Shown here in pieces: positions 26,901-41,900 of a stretch of DNA of 64,000 nucleotides (its first letter is position 1; each line of letters opens with the position of its first letter). The notes beneath the pieces are model-generated. The model did not search any database. It had not been told where the DNA came from and was given only the letters and a program-made list of their open reading frames with translations. Where the stretch lies: assembly GCA_964016885.1 (NCBI GenBank), contig OZ024741.1, positions 296,794,001 through 296,858,000 of the forward strand. The letters run 5' to 3'. The position numbers and the translations under genes are program-made. The stretch comes from Eledone cirrhosa (Eukaryota).

Positions 26901-29900
26901 TCCAACCAGTTCTGACTCTAGCTACTGTACTTTCAGAGCACCCTCCCCCACTGCTGATTTTATCACCCAGGTAACGGAAACTGTCCACTATTTCTATAGA
27001 ACCCTCTGCGCAATTGAAAGAGCTAGTATTTTGTGGGCACTTGCTGCTACTTATTGCACCGGAGCACCGGCCACATGTAAAATCTATGTTCTTAGTTAGC
27101 TTACCTGTTATCCCACTACATCTTTTATGCACCCATACTTTGCATTTAGGACATAAAAGGGAGTTTCTACCTACGCCTTTCCTACACACCGAGCACGACC
27201 ATTTCCCAGAAGGGACCGCCGCCTTATTTTCTTTCCTACAAACTAGAACTTTAGTCTTAACCAGGTTAATTTTAAGGCCTTTTGATTCTAGGCCGTGCTT
27301 CCATGTTTGGAATTTCTTCTCTAGCTCGGCCATTGATTCCGCTATGAGTGTCAGGTCGTCTGCGTATAGGAGTTCCCATGGGCAGCCGGTCTTGAACTCC
27401 TCTGTTATAGCCTGAAGGGCAATAATAAATAGTAGGGGGCTGAGAACAGAGCCCTGATGGACGCCAACTTTTACGCTAAACTCTTCACTATATTCGTTGT
27501 TAATTCTAACCTTGCTGACTGTTTCTTTATACATGGCTTGTATATAAACAAAAATCTGTTGAACTGAAATTTTACTCTCACATTTTATATATACATATAT
27601 CCATGTGATATTGATGGATGTGATAATGAGTACTTTGTACCAAAGTAGAGTTAAATAATAGCTTCTGTTTTATTTTATTGACTCACTAAAGATGAAAGGC
27701 AAAACAAAACTCAGCGGGATTTGAACTCAGAATGTAAAGGGACGTAACTCTATGCTGCAAAGCATGGTGAAAGTAGAGTTTAATGATTGTTTCTACTTTT
27801 GGCACAAGGCCAGCAATTACACAGTGTATTACTGGTACTTTATTTTATCGACCCCCATAAGGATGAAAAGAAAGTTAACCTTGGCGGGATTTAAATTCAG
27901 ATCATAAAGGGTCGTAACTCTATGCTGTAAAGCATGGCGTCCGACTCTCTACCGAAACTGCCAATCTGGCTAGGTGAAACTCCAGAGTAACAAGACTCAT
28001 CACTTAACCATATAAAGAATATATATATAAGTTAAAACAGAAAACAAAAACAATAACGAAGAGTGCAGTACAAAGTGTTAGTATTAGGTTCACGATATAT
28101 ATACAATGATTATCATAGAAATTTTTATGTCCACTTCTCCATGGTGGCATGGGTTCAACAACTGCTATGGGCTGCACTGCTACATGTGTGTGTAAAAGAT
28201 TGCCTAAAAAACTCTAACATTCCTAGCTACAGTTTCACGCTCCACTGTATAAAATGTTACATTATATACATATTTGGGTTCCTTTGGAGCATTAAATCAA
28301 GTTTAATGTTGCATGACAAGATGTTAGACCATGAATTTATTCTAAGGCATGATCTCTTCTCTTCTCCATTGCCCTCTTCCTGTTAATTGTTTCATCAAAG
28401 GTTATCATATTTTTCATGAATGTATACTAGTAGACAACACTTTGTTTTATTCACAAAGTTTTAACAAAGTTATGTTTGTGTATTATATATATCTATATAT
28501 ACATATATACACTACACTGAAGGGTGTGTTTTATATACATAGAACATTCAAACATTACCTGAAGGAAAAACATAAATGTATGTGTGTGTGTGTATATATA
28601 TTTCTTTTTTACCCGTCCCTTCTTCTTCTAACTCTTTAATTTCTATTTAACTTTTATTTCTACTTCTATCTTCTGATGAAGGACTAGTGTCCAAAACGTT
28701 AAGACTCTCTTCTTGCTAGTTAAGTTAAACTAATATATTTCTTCCATATACTGCACCGTTTGTTTTGTAATTTTTTTTACACACACACACATATATATAT
28801 ACATACACACACATACATGTACACTCACACATGCAGCTATATATATACATATAGAATAAGGAACATGTGTAGTTCAGTGTAGATGTTTAAAAGTCCTTTA
28901 TTAACAAAGCTGTGAGATACGTATTTTAATGGTGATCATAGTTACATGAAGATTCAGCCACGCAACCAGTCATGATATCATCAGACAGTATTTTATGTTA
29001 TAAAGTTCCATTTCTGAGTCATTCTAATCTAAAACTAGGGAATGGACAGAAGTGATGTTTTCATAGCTGAAGTCGTTACATTGTGAAATTTAGTTCCACT
29101 CTACAGCTTTGCACAGGCATGGAGGTGGTGGACTGACAGACCATCCATTTATCACCCACTTACTGCAAGCAGCTAGGGCTACAGTGACAAGTCTAATTCA
29201 CATACCAATCCTCCACCACCACAGCCAGTGAGATATTACGGTCACACAGAGTTCAATTTAGCCTAAAATATTGTAATACTTTGGGAGCGTCATGCTGCAA
29301 ATAAAAACAATCCTGTTGGATTTCACTTCATTTATTATAAATTCCCAGTCAGTTAGTTTAATAACCGGATGGTTGTTTAGTTTTTGATTGTCAAAACTCT
29401 TTCCTCACACATTCTATGACCTCCTCAGTGACTACTTTTGTTGTTATTTTGTGTCTCTCCTTTGTTCTGTCCTACACATCTTGTTTTTGTGAGCTATGGC
29501 ACAGTTCACAAAAACTGGGTGAGTGTTTACTCAATTATGCAACATAAATACATGGAAAAAAAAACAGCATGCAATATATCTACTGGACCTACAAAACTTT
29601 AATTCAAAATATATGGTATATTGTTAGCCGAAGTATACATCCAGTGAAGCCTCTAGCTCACACTGTAAAGTGGACATAATGGCAACACGGTAAAAAGTGC
29701 CCAGCCTACACTGTAAAATGATCGTGTTGGCGACACGACAAAAAGTGCCCAGCACACACTGTAAATGTGGTTGGTGTTAGGAAGGGCATCCAGCCATAGA
29801 ATCCAAGCCAAAATCAGCCCTGTATGAGCGAAACATGGTTCTCTGACCACATCTCTACCCATGTTTGCATGGAATATGGATGCTAAACAATGATGATTGT

Positions 29901-32877
29901 AAATACTGTATGTAAAATGAAGGTGCCACTTATTTACTAATGTGACTTATACATCAGTATATACTGTAGCTTGTGATACACTTTGCAATTCCTATATGCA
30001 TAGAATTTATGGAAACATTGACCCCAAGCATGTACAAAAAAATAAGTAAATAAATAAATTAGTAAACAGAATATAAAATAAGACAATAAATTAGAAACCT
30101 GTTTAAAGCAAGCTGTGTTTTGTTGTATTATTTCATATACTTGAGGGTGGTAGATTGGTAGTGTCAGTAGAGACCATGCTTCGTAGCATAGAGTTACGGC
30201 CCTTTACGTTCCGAGTTCAAACCTTTCAAGTTAGCTTTGCATTTCATCCTTCTGGGGTTGATAAAATAAAGTACCAGTAATTAACTGGGGTTGATTTAAT
30301 TGAATTTCCCCCTCCACCAAATTTGCTTATACAAATGTCAGGTTTTGGCCAAAAGTCTCATGTCACCCAATCCCATCCCCAGATTGTTCCATCAACCTCT
30401 AGAGCAGGGTTCCTAATCTTTTTTATGTCATTGCCTACTTTCATATGGAAAAAATTTCCACCATTCACCTGTATGATAAATATTCAAAAGTATACCAAAA
30501 ATGTTAGTAACAATTTGTTACTAATTCGTTATTCCCATTTAGCCTCCTGTTTTTTTTTTAGTTTTTTTTTATACAGGTTCTTTGCATATCTCCTTTGAAT
30601 ATATTTTTTAGGTAGCATATGTTGAAATACCTTCTTAATACTAAAAATTCTATATCGTCCACCAAATTTTCCAATCGCCCTCCATTTTCTGTTTAGTTGC
30701 TCATCGCCCACCAAGAGTTGATATCAAGCACTTTCGGTACCCTGATTAGTTTGTTATTTGCTTGGTGAAAATGTTTTCTCCTTGGTTCATAATTCATGAA
30801 ACTTACCTCAAACTTTAAAATGGATGTTGTATTGTTTTTCAGGATTATCCTTCTGTCAGCCAGATTCGATCTCAGGTGAACGAGAGAAAAGTGAATGTGA
30901 TATTTGCAGTGAACAAAGACCAAGAAGAAACCTACAAGAATCTGTCGGAAATTTTACATGGATCCTCTGTGACGACACTGCAAAAAGATTCATCTAATAT
31001 CTTACATGTTATCAAGTCAAACTATCAAGTAAATTCAAATTTGAACCTTTTACATTACTCTCGGGTCTTGAATAACGGGGGGTTATTGAAGACCCGAGAG
31101 TAATGTAAACGGTTCAAATATGAATTTACTTTACCACGCCTATTAAATTTTGCTAATCTATCTTCAACAAAATTTTATTTTATTCCTGTGACAATTAATT
31201 GTTTTTATACATTAAAAAACATTATACATGATAAAAAAAGTACATTACAAGAAATCCCACACATAAAATAAATAGAATCACCCTTTCTCTGTAAAGTTAT
31301 GTTGGTACCCTAACATCCAGTCCAAAATAAATGAGTTTGTGTAGGTGTCACGACAAAAACACAGTCCACGCTATAATGTGGCCATGTAGGTAACACAGTA
31401 AAAACCTCCCAGTCCACACTGTAAACGTATTGGTGTCAGGAAGGGCATCCAGCCGTAGAAAACCTGCGAGACATGGTCACTCGACCAATCTTGCAGCAAG
31501 TGGGACAATTCCCGTCTAAACCCATGCTAGCGTGGAAGTTAGACGTTAAACAATGATGATGGGTTGGGGTCTCAATATGTAAACTAAACAACTAATTCTG
31601 GCTTTTAAAAATATCAAGGGAGACAGCCTAGAAAAATTCCCCCTCCTCTTGCTTATTATTTGGGACCTGAGAGTACTTGCTGGCTTCTATCTTCACCCCC
31701 CCCCCCTTCTCTCTCTCTCTCTCTCTCTCTCTCTTTATTTCTCAGATATACACGCACACACAATATAATCACCTAAATCCCTTTAACGCAATGCACCTGC
31801 ATGGTCGCAGTCTAATGCTCAAACTGAACATCACTCTATCATCATAGACCTCAAGTTAAGCTAAAAAAAAACGAGTTTATTCTTCCAAATCATGTTTTGA
31901 TGCATCAGCGTGCCATAAATCAAGGAAAGTTACTCTACCACTATTTTTTTTACGTAACGTAGCTATTTAGAGTTACTTCCCCTATTAACAACTTAAACGC
32001 AATACATTTTCTAATACATTTTTATTGTTTCATCGTAAAGTATTGATGGGCCTAAACCTAAAATATTGTTGTTGTTGTTATTATTATTACTATCACTAGT
32101 GCAGTGGATTGGCAGTAATCAGTAGAGCATTGGACAACATGCTTTGCGACATATAGTTACAGCCTGAGTTCAAATCCCGTTTTACATCCTTATTGAGGCA
32201 ATTAAAATAAAGCACCAGTAACGTACTGGGGTCGATTTATCGACTTTCCCTTTCCCAAATTTGTTGGCCTTGTGCCTAAATCAGAAACCAGCCTTTTACA
32301 TTCTAAGTTCAAATCTCGCCGAGGTTAGCATTGCCTTTCATTCTTAAGTGGTCGATAAAATAAAGCACCAGTAATGCACTGGGGTCGATTTAATCGACTT
32401 TCTCCCCCACCCACCCAAATTGCTGATCTTGTGCCTATAGTAGAAATCATTATTATTATTACTATTTTTTTCTCCAGGCAATTGTACGTCAAGTCCAGCT
32501 GAGAGCTGAAGACAATGAAAATATTACTGTGAAGTTCTACAGCAAATGTTACGGGTAAGACCACTACTACTATTACCATTACTACTAACACCACCACCAA
32601 AATAACCACTAACACTACTAACACCATCACCACCACCATCACGACTAACACTAACACCACCACCACCACTACTACCATCTACACCACCACCATTACCACC
32701 GCTATCACTAACATCCAATATTTTTCAGTTCCCTTTTTATCATTCAAAGTGTACCTTTTATTATTATTATTTAGTTATTACAGAGTTGATAAAATAAAGT
32801 TCCAGTAATGCACTGGGGTAGATTTAGTCGACTTTCCACTCCCCCAAAATTGCTGGCCTTGTGCCTGAATCACAAAC

Positions 32878-32926
<49 letters not shown>

Positions 32927-35900
32927 GGTGGATAATTGTTTCTACTTTAGGCACAAGGCCAGCAATTGCCCAGTGCATTACTGGTACTTTATTTTATCGA
33001 CCCCGTAAGGATGAAAGGCAAAGTCAACCTCGGCGGGATTGAACTCTTTATTGGTGGATAATAAGGGTGGTGGATTGACAGAATTGGTAGCCTTCTTTTG
33101 GCTAGGAAGGGCAGATAGTTTTCCTCTGTCTGGTGGCCATAGCGAAAGAGGTTGTGTGGAGGACCAGGTTGAAAGGACTGAAGACTTTTCTCTTTGGTCA
33201 ATCCCTCATCAACTTTTTCAAGTTTTACTTGGAAAGGAAGGTGAGGGTGAAGAGAGAAGTGCTGCCCCAGTACATTTTCTAAAAGGTGGGTGAATGTGGC
33301 AAGAATGGCCCGTGTGAATGTGCCTGTACGCTGGTTAATTTGAGAAGGAGAGAGGTCCCCTTCCTGGGTGCCCTCAAAATGTCGGGTGGTTCAGGATTGG
33401 TGGGGTACCTGAGTCGCCCCTGGGTGGTTCTCCCTCTATTGGGGAATTTTATTGTTGTAATTTTATTGTTAATTGTTTTTGTTATTGTGTATTTTCACTC
33501 AATTTTATTGTAACCTCCCCTCCCCACTGTCTCTGTGTTTGTATTGTCCCCTATATGTCAGCCCTTGTGGCCAATAAATGAAACCATTATTATTATCATT
33601 ATTATTTAGTTGGATTTCTTCTTGATCTGTTGTAGTAATGAACTGAAAGAAACAGATATCTGTGAAAAATTGGACCCTGGTTCTAAGGTAGGTTTGTTAG
33701 ACTTACTGCACACAACATCCTATCTTCAAGTATATAAAACATTCCCACCATGACCATAACTCATAGTCACATATGTTAAATGAAAACATCGCCACTACCA
33801 TAATCAGAACAACCACTCTTTCAACCATCAACACAACAACAAAGCCACTTTATGGTCACTCATCTTGTTAGAAATAGTAGTTAAAACAAAGAAGCCAATC
33901 ATCAGATCAGAACAAGAAAACTATTGGTCCAGAGAGGGAGAAGGTAGGATTTGAACACAAAACACACACAACCAGAACAGATACCACAAAACATCACATT
34001 ACTCAATGTATGTACATAGGATATCTAGGACCACATTATCCAATGTTTCCTACGTAGTGTATCTAGGACTACATTATCCAATGTGTCCTTCAGTCACAGT
34101 ATATCTAGGATTACTTTACCCAGTGTGTCCTTCTGTCATAGTGTATCTAGGACTACATTACCCAATGTGTCCTTCAGTCATAGTGTATCTATGATTACAT
34201 TACACAATGTGATGTTTTAATAGCTCTACCAATCCATTTCTCCAAGACTGCTCCTTTATTTATTGAGCCCTGAAGTGATGAAAGGTAAAGTTGAGTTTGG
34301 TAGAATTTTAACTCACAGAGCAGTGACCCAGAACAAATACTAAGGTATTTACTCCGATGCTCTATCGACTCTACCTGTTTACCACTAAGTAGTCAAACTT
34401 CCTTCAAGTTACACACACTTGTCTAACAAACAGGACACATTGTATAATATAATCCTAGATACACTATGACTGAAGGACATTTGGGGTAATGTAGTCCTAG
34501 ATACACTATGACTGAAGGACACCTTGGGTAATGTAGTCCTATATACACTATGACTGAAGGATACATTGTGTAATGTAGTCCTAGATACACTATGACTGAA
34601 GGACACATTGGGTAATGTACTCCTAGATACACTATGACTGAAGGACACATTGGGTAATGTAGTCCTAGATACACTATGACTGAAGGACACATTGGGTAAT
34701 GTAGTCCTAGATACACTATGACTGAAGGATACATTGGGTAATGTAGTCCTAGATACACTATGACTGAAGAACACCTTGGGTAATGTAGTCCTAGATACAC
34801 TATGACTGAAGGACACATTGGGTAATGTAGTCCTAGATACAGTATGACTGAAGGATACATTGTGTAATGTAGTCCTAGATACACTATGACTGAAGGACAC
34901 ATTGGGTAATGTAGTCCTAGATACACTATGACTGAAGGATACATTGGGTAATGTAGTCCTAGATACACTATGACTGAAGGACACATTGGGTAATGTAGTC
35001 CTAGATACACTATGACTGAAGGATACATTGGGTAATGTAGTCCTAGATACACTATGACTGAAGGACACATTGGGTAATGTAGTCCTAGATACACTATGAC
35101 TGAAGGATACATTGGGTAATGTAGTCCTAGATACACTATGACTGAAGGACACATTGGATAATGTAGTCCTAGATACACTGTCTGAAGGATACATTGGGTA
35201 ATGTAGTCCTAGATACACTATGACTGAAAGACACATTGGGTAATGTAGTCCTAGATACACTATGACTGAAGGACACATTGGGTAATGTAGTCCTAGATAC
35301 ACTATGACTGAAGGATACATTGGGTAATGTAGTCCTAGATACACTATGACTGAAGGACACATTGGGTAATGTAGTCCTAGATACACTGTCTGAAGGATAC
35401 ATTGGGTAATGTAGTCCTAGATACACTATGACTGAAGGACACATTGGGTAATGTAGTCCTAGATACACTGTCTGAAGGACACATTGGGTAATGTAGTCCT
35501 AGATACACTATGACTGAAGGACACATTGGGTAATGTAGTCCTAGATACACTATGACTGAAGGACACATTGGGTAATGTAGTCCTAGATACACTATGACTG
35601 AAGGATACATTGGGTAATGTAGTCCTAGATACACTATGACTGAAGGACACATTGGGTAATGTAGTCTTAGATACACTGTCTGAAGGATACATTGGGTAAT
35701 GTAGTCCTAGATACACTATGACTGAAGGACACATTGGGTAATGTAGTCCTAGATACACTATGACTGAAGGATACATTGGGTAATGTAGTCCTAGATACAC
35801 TATGACTGAAGGACACATTGGGTAATGTAGTCCTAGATACACTATGACTGAAGGACACATTGGGTAATGTAGTCCTAGATACACTATGACTGAAGGATAC

Positions 35901-38900
35901 ATTGGGTAATGTAGTCCTAGATACACTATGACTGAAGGACACATTGGGTAATGTAGTCCTAGATACACTATGACTGAAGGATACATTGGGTAATGTAGTC
36001 CTAGATACACTATGACTGAAGGACACATTGGGTAATGTAGTCCTAGATACACTATGACTGAAGGACACATTGGGTAATGTAGTCCTAGATACACTATGAC
36101 TGAAGGATACATTGGGTAATGTAGTCCTAGATACACTATGACTGAAGGACACATTGGGTAATGTAGTCCTAGATACACTGACTGAAGGACACATTGGGTA
36201 ATGTAGTCCTAGATACACTATGACTGAAGTATACATTGGGTAATGTAGTCCTAGATACACTGTCTGAAGGATACATTGGGTAATGTAGTCCTAGATACAC
36301 TATGACTGAAGGATACATTGGGTAATGTAGTCCTAGATACACTATGACTGAAGGACACATTGGGTAATGTAGTCCTAGATACACTATGACTGAAGGATAC
36401 ATTGGGTAATGTAGTCCTAGATACACTATGACTGAAGGATACATTGGGTAATGTAGTCCTAGATACACTATGACTGAAGGATACATTGGGTAATGTAGTC
36501 CTAGATACACTATGACTGAAGGACACATTGGGTAATGTAGTCCTAGATACACTATGACTGAAGGATACATTGGGTAATGTAGTCCTAGATACACTATGAC
36601 TGAAGGACACATTGGGTAATGTAGTCCTAGATACACTATGACTGAAGGACACATTGGGTAATGTAGTCCTAGATACACTATGACTGAAGGATACATTGGG
36701 TAATGTAGTCCTAGATACACTATGACTGAAGGACACATTGGGTAATGTAGTCCTAGATACACTATGACTGAAGGACACATTGGGTAATGTAGTCCTAGAT
36801 ACACTATGACTGAAGGATACATTGGGTAATGTAGTCCTAGATACACTATGACTGAAGGACACATTGGGTAATGTAGTCCTAGATACACTATGACTGAAGG
36901 ATACATTGGGTAATGTAGTCCTAGATACACTATGACTGAAGGACACATTGGGTAATGTAGTCCTAGATACACTATGACTGAAGGACACATTGGGTAATGT
37001 AGTCCTAGATACACTATGACTGAAGGATACATTGGGTAATGTAGTCCTAGATACACTATGACTGAAGGACACATTGGGTAATGTAGTCCTAGATACACTA
37101 TGACTGAAGGACACATTGGGTAATGTAGTCCTAGATACACTATGACTGAAGGACACATTGGGTAATGTAGTCCTAGATACACTATGACTGAAGGATACAT
37201 TGGGTAATGTAGTCCTAGATACACTATGTCTGAAGGATACATTGGGTAATGTAGTCCTAGATACACTATGACTGAAGGATACATTGGGTAATGTAGTCCT
37301 AGATACACTATGACTGAAGGATACATTGTGTAATGTAGTCCTAGATACACTATGACTGAAGGACACATTGGGTAATGTAGTCCTAGATACACTATGACTG
37401 AAGGATACATTGTGTAATGTAGTCCTAGATACACTATGACTGAAGGACACATTGGGTAATGTAGTCCTAGATACACTATGACTGAAGGACACATTGGGTA
37501 ATGTAGTCCTAGATACACTATGACAGAAGGATACATTGTGTAATGTAGTCCTAGATACACTATGACTGAAGGACACATTGGGTAATGTAGTCCTAGATAC
37601 ACTATGACTGAAGGACACATTGGGTAATGTAGTCCTAGATACACTATGACTGAAGGATACATTGGGTAATGTAGTCCTAGATACACTATGACTGAAGGAT
37701 ACATTGTGTAATGTAGTCCTAGATACACTGTCTGAAGGACACATTGAGTAATGTAGTCCTAGATACACTATGACTGAAGGATACATTGGGTAATGTAGTC
37801 CCAGATACACTATGACTGAAGGACACATTGGGTAATGTAGTCCTAGATACACTATGACTGAAGGAGACATTGGGTAATCTACTCCTAGATACACTATGAC
37901 TGAAGGACACATTGGGTAATGTAGTCCTAGATACACTATGACTGAAGGACACATTGGGTAATGTAGTCCTAGATACACTATGACTGAAGGATACATTGGG
38001 TAATGTAGTCCTAGATACACTATGACTGAAGGACACATTGGGTAATGTAGTCCTAGATACACTATGACTGAAGGACACATTGGGTAATGTAGTCCTAGAT
38101 ACACTATGACTGAAGGAGACATTGCGTAATCTACTCCTAGATACACTATGACTGAAGGACACATTGGGTAATGTAGTCCTAGATACACTATGACTGAAGG
38201 ACACATTGGGTAATGTAGTCCTAGATACACTATGACTGAAAACACATTGGGTAATGTAGTCCTAGATACACTATGACTGAAGGACACATTGGGTAATGTA
38301 CTCCTAGATACACTATGACTGAAGGACACATTGGGTAATGTAGTCCTAGATACACTATGACTGAAGGATACATTGGGTAATGTAGTCCTAGATACACTAT
38401 GACTGAAGGATACATTGTGTAATGTAGTCCTAGATACACTATGACTGAAGGACACATTGGGTAATGTAGTCCTAGATACACTATGACTGAAGGACACATT
38501 GGGTAATGTAGTCCTAGATACACTATGACTGAAGGATACATTGGGTAATGTAGTCCTAGATACACTATGACTGAAGGACACATTGGGTAATGTAGTCCTA
38601 GATACACTATGACTGAAGGATACATTGGGTAATGTAGTCCTAGATACACTATGACTGAAGGACACATTGGGTAATGTAGTCCTAGATACACTATGACTGA
38701 AGGATACATTGGGTAATGTAGTCCTAGATACACTATGACTGAAGGACACATTGGGTAATGTAGTCCTAGATACACTATGACTGAAGGATACATTGGGTAA
38801 TGTAGTCCTAGATACACTATGACTGAAGGACACTTTGGGTAATGTAGTCCTAGATACACTATGACTGAAGGATACATTGGGTAATGTAGTCCTAGATACA

Positions 38901-41900
38901 CTATGACTGAAGGACACATTGGATAATGTAGTCCTAGATACACTGTCTGAAGGATACATTGGGTAATGTAGTTCTAGATACACTATGACTGAAGGACACA
39001 TTGGGTAATGTAGTCCTAGATACACTATGACTGAAGGACACATTGGGTAATGTAGTCCTAGATACACTATGACTGAAGGATACATTGGGTAATGTAGTCC
39101 TAGATACACTATGACTGAAGGACACATTGGGTAATGTAGTCCTAGATACACTGTCTGAAGGATACATTGGGTAATGTAGTCCTAGATACACTATGACTGA
39201 AGGACACATTGGGTAATGTAGTCCTAGATACACTGTCTGAAGGACACATTGGGTAATGTAGTCCTAGATACACTATGACTGAAGGACACATTGGGTAATG
39301 TAGTCCTAGATACACTATGACTGAAGGACACATTGGGTAATGTAGTCCTAGATACAATATGACTGAAGGATACATTGGGTAATGTAGTCCTAGATACACT
39401 ATGACTGAAGGACACATTGGGTAATGTAGTCCTAGATACACTGTCTGAAGGATACATTGGGTAATGTAGTCCTAGATACACTATGACTGAAGGACACATT
39501 GGGTAATGTAGTCCTAGATACACTATGACTGAAGGATACATTGGGTAATGTAGTCCTAGATACACTATGACTGAAGGACACATTGGGTAATGTAGTCCTA
39601 GATACACTATGACTGAAGGACACATTGGGTAATGTAGTCCTAGATACACTATGACTGAAGGATACATTGGGTAATGTAGTCCTAGATACACTATGACTGA
39701 AGGACACATTGGGTAATGTAGTCCTAGATACACTATGACTGAAGGATACATTGGGTAATGTAGTCCTAGATACACTATGACTGAAGGACACATTGGGTAA
39801 TGTAGTCCTAGATACACTATGACTGAAGGACACATTGGGTAATGTAGTCCTAGATACACTATGACTGAAGGATACATTGGGTAATGTAGTCCTAGATACA
39901 CTATGACTGAAGGACACATTGGGTAATGTAGTCCTAGATACACTGACTGAAGGACACATTGGGTAATGTAGTCCTAGATACACTATGACTGAAGGATACA
40001 TTGGGTAATGTAGTCCTAGATACACTATGACTGAAGGACACATTGGGTAATGTAGTCCTAGATACACTATGACTGAAGGATACATTGGGTAATGTAGTCC
40101 TAGATACACTATGACTGAAGGACACATTGGGTAATGTAGTCCTAGATACACTATGACTGAAGGACACATTGGGTAATGTAGTACTAGATACACTATGACT
40201 GAAGGATACATTGGGTAATGTAGTCCTAGATACACTATGACTGAAGGACACATTGGGTAATGTAGTCCTAGATACACTATGACTGAAGGACACATTGGAT
40301 AATGTAGTCCTAGATACACTATGACTGAAGGATACATTGGGTAATGTAGTCCTAGATACACTATGACTGAAGGACACATTGGGTAATGTAGTCCTAGATA
40401 CACTATGACTGAAGGATACATTGGGTAATGTAGTCCTAGATACACTATGACTGAAGGACACATTGAGTAATGTAGTCCTAGATACACTATGACTGAAGGA
40501 CACATTGGGTAATGTAGTCCTAGATACACTATGACTGAAGGATACATTGGGTAATGTAGTCCTAGATACACTATGACTGAAGGACACATTGGGTAATGTA
40601 GTCCTAGATACACTATGACTGAAGGACACATTGGGTAATGTAGTCCTAGATACACTATGACTGAAGGATACATTGGGTAATGTAGTCCTAGATACACTAT
40701 GACTGAAGGACACATTGGGTAATGTAGTCCTAGATACACTATGACTGAAGGATACATTGGGTAATGTAGTCCTAGATACACTATGACTGAAGGACACATT
40801 GGGTAATGTAGTCCTAGATACACTATGACTGAAGGATACATTGGGTAATGTAGTCCTAGATACACTATGACTGAAGGACACATTGGGTAATGTAGTCCTA
40901 GATACACTATGACTGAAGGACACATTGGGTAATGTAGTCCTAGATACACTATGACTGAAGGACACATTGGGTAATGTAGTCCTAGATACACTATGACTGA
41001 AGGATACATTGGGTAATGTAGTCCTAGATACACTATGTCTGAAGGATACATTGGGTAATGTAGTCCTAGATACACTATGACTGAAGGATACATTGGGTAA
41101 TGTAGTCCTAGATACACTATGACTGAAGGATACATTGTGTAATGTAGTCCTAGATACACTATGACTGAAGGACACATTGGGTAATGTAGTCCTAGATACA
41201 CTATGACTGAAGGATACATTGTGTAATGTAGTCCTAGATACACTATGACTGAAGGACACATTGGGTAATGTAGTCCTAGATACACTATGACTGAAGGACA
41301 CATTGGGTAATGTAGTCCTAGATATACTATGACAGAAGGATACATTGTGTAATGTAGTCCTAGATACACTATGACTGAAGGACACATTGGGTAATGTAGT
41401 CCTAGATACACTATGACTGAAGGACACATTGGGTAATGTAGTCCTAGATACACTATGACTGAAGGATACATTGGGTAATGTAGTCCTAGATACACTATGA
41501 CTGAAGGATACATTGTGTAATGTAGTCCTAGATACACTGTCTGAAGGACACATTGAGTAATGTAGTCCTAGATACACTATGACTGAAGGATACATTGGGT
41601 AATGTAGTCCCAGATACACTATGACTGAAGGACACATTGGGTAATGTAGTCCTAGATACACTATGACTGAAGGAGACATTGGATAATCTACTCCTAGATA
41701 CACTATGACTGAAGGACACATTGGGTAATGTAGTCCTAGATACACTATGACTGAAGGACATATTGGGTAATGTAGTCCTAGATACACTATGACTGAAGGA
41801 TACATTGGGTAATGTAGTCCTAGATACACTATGACTGAAGGACACATTGGGTAATGTAGTCCTAGATACACTATCACTGAAGGACACATTGGGTAATGTA

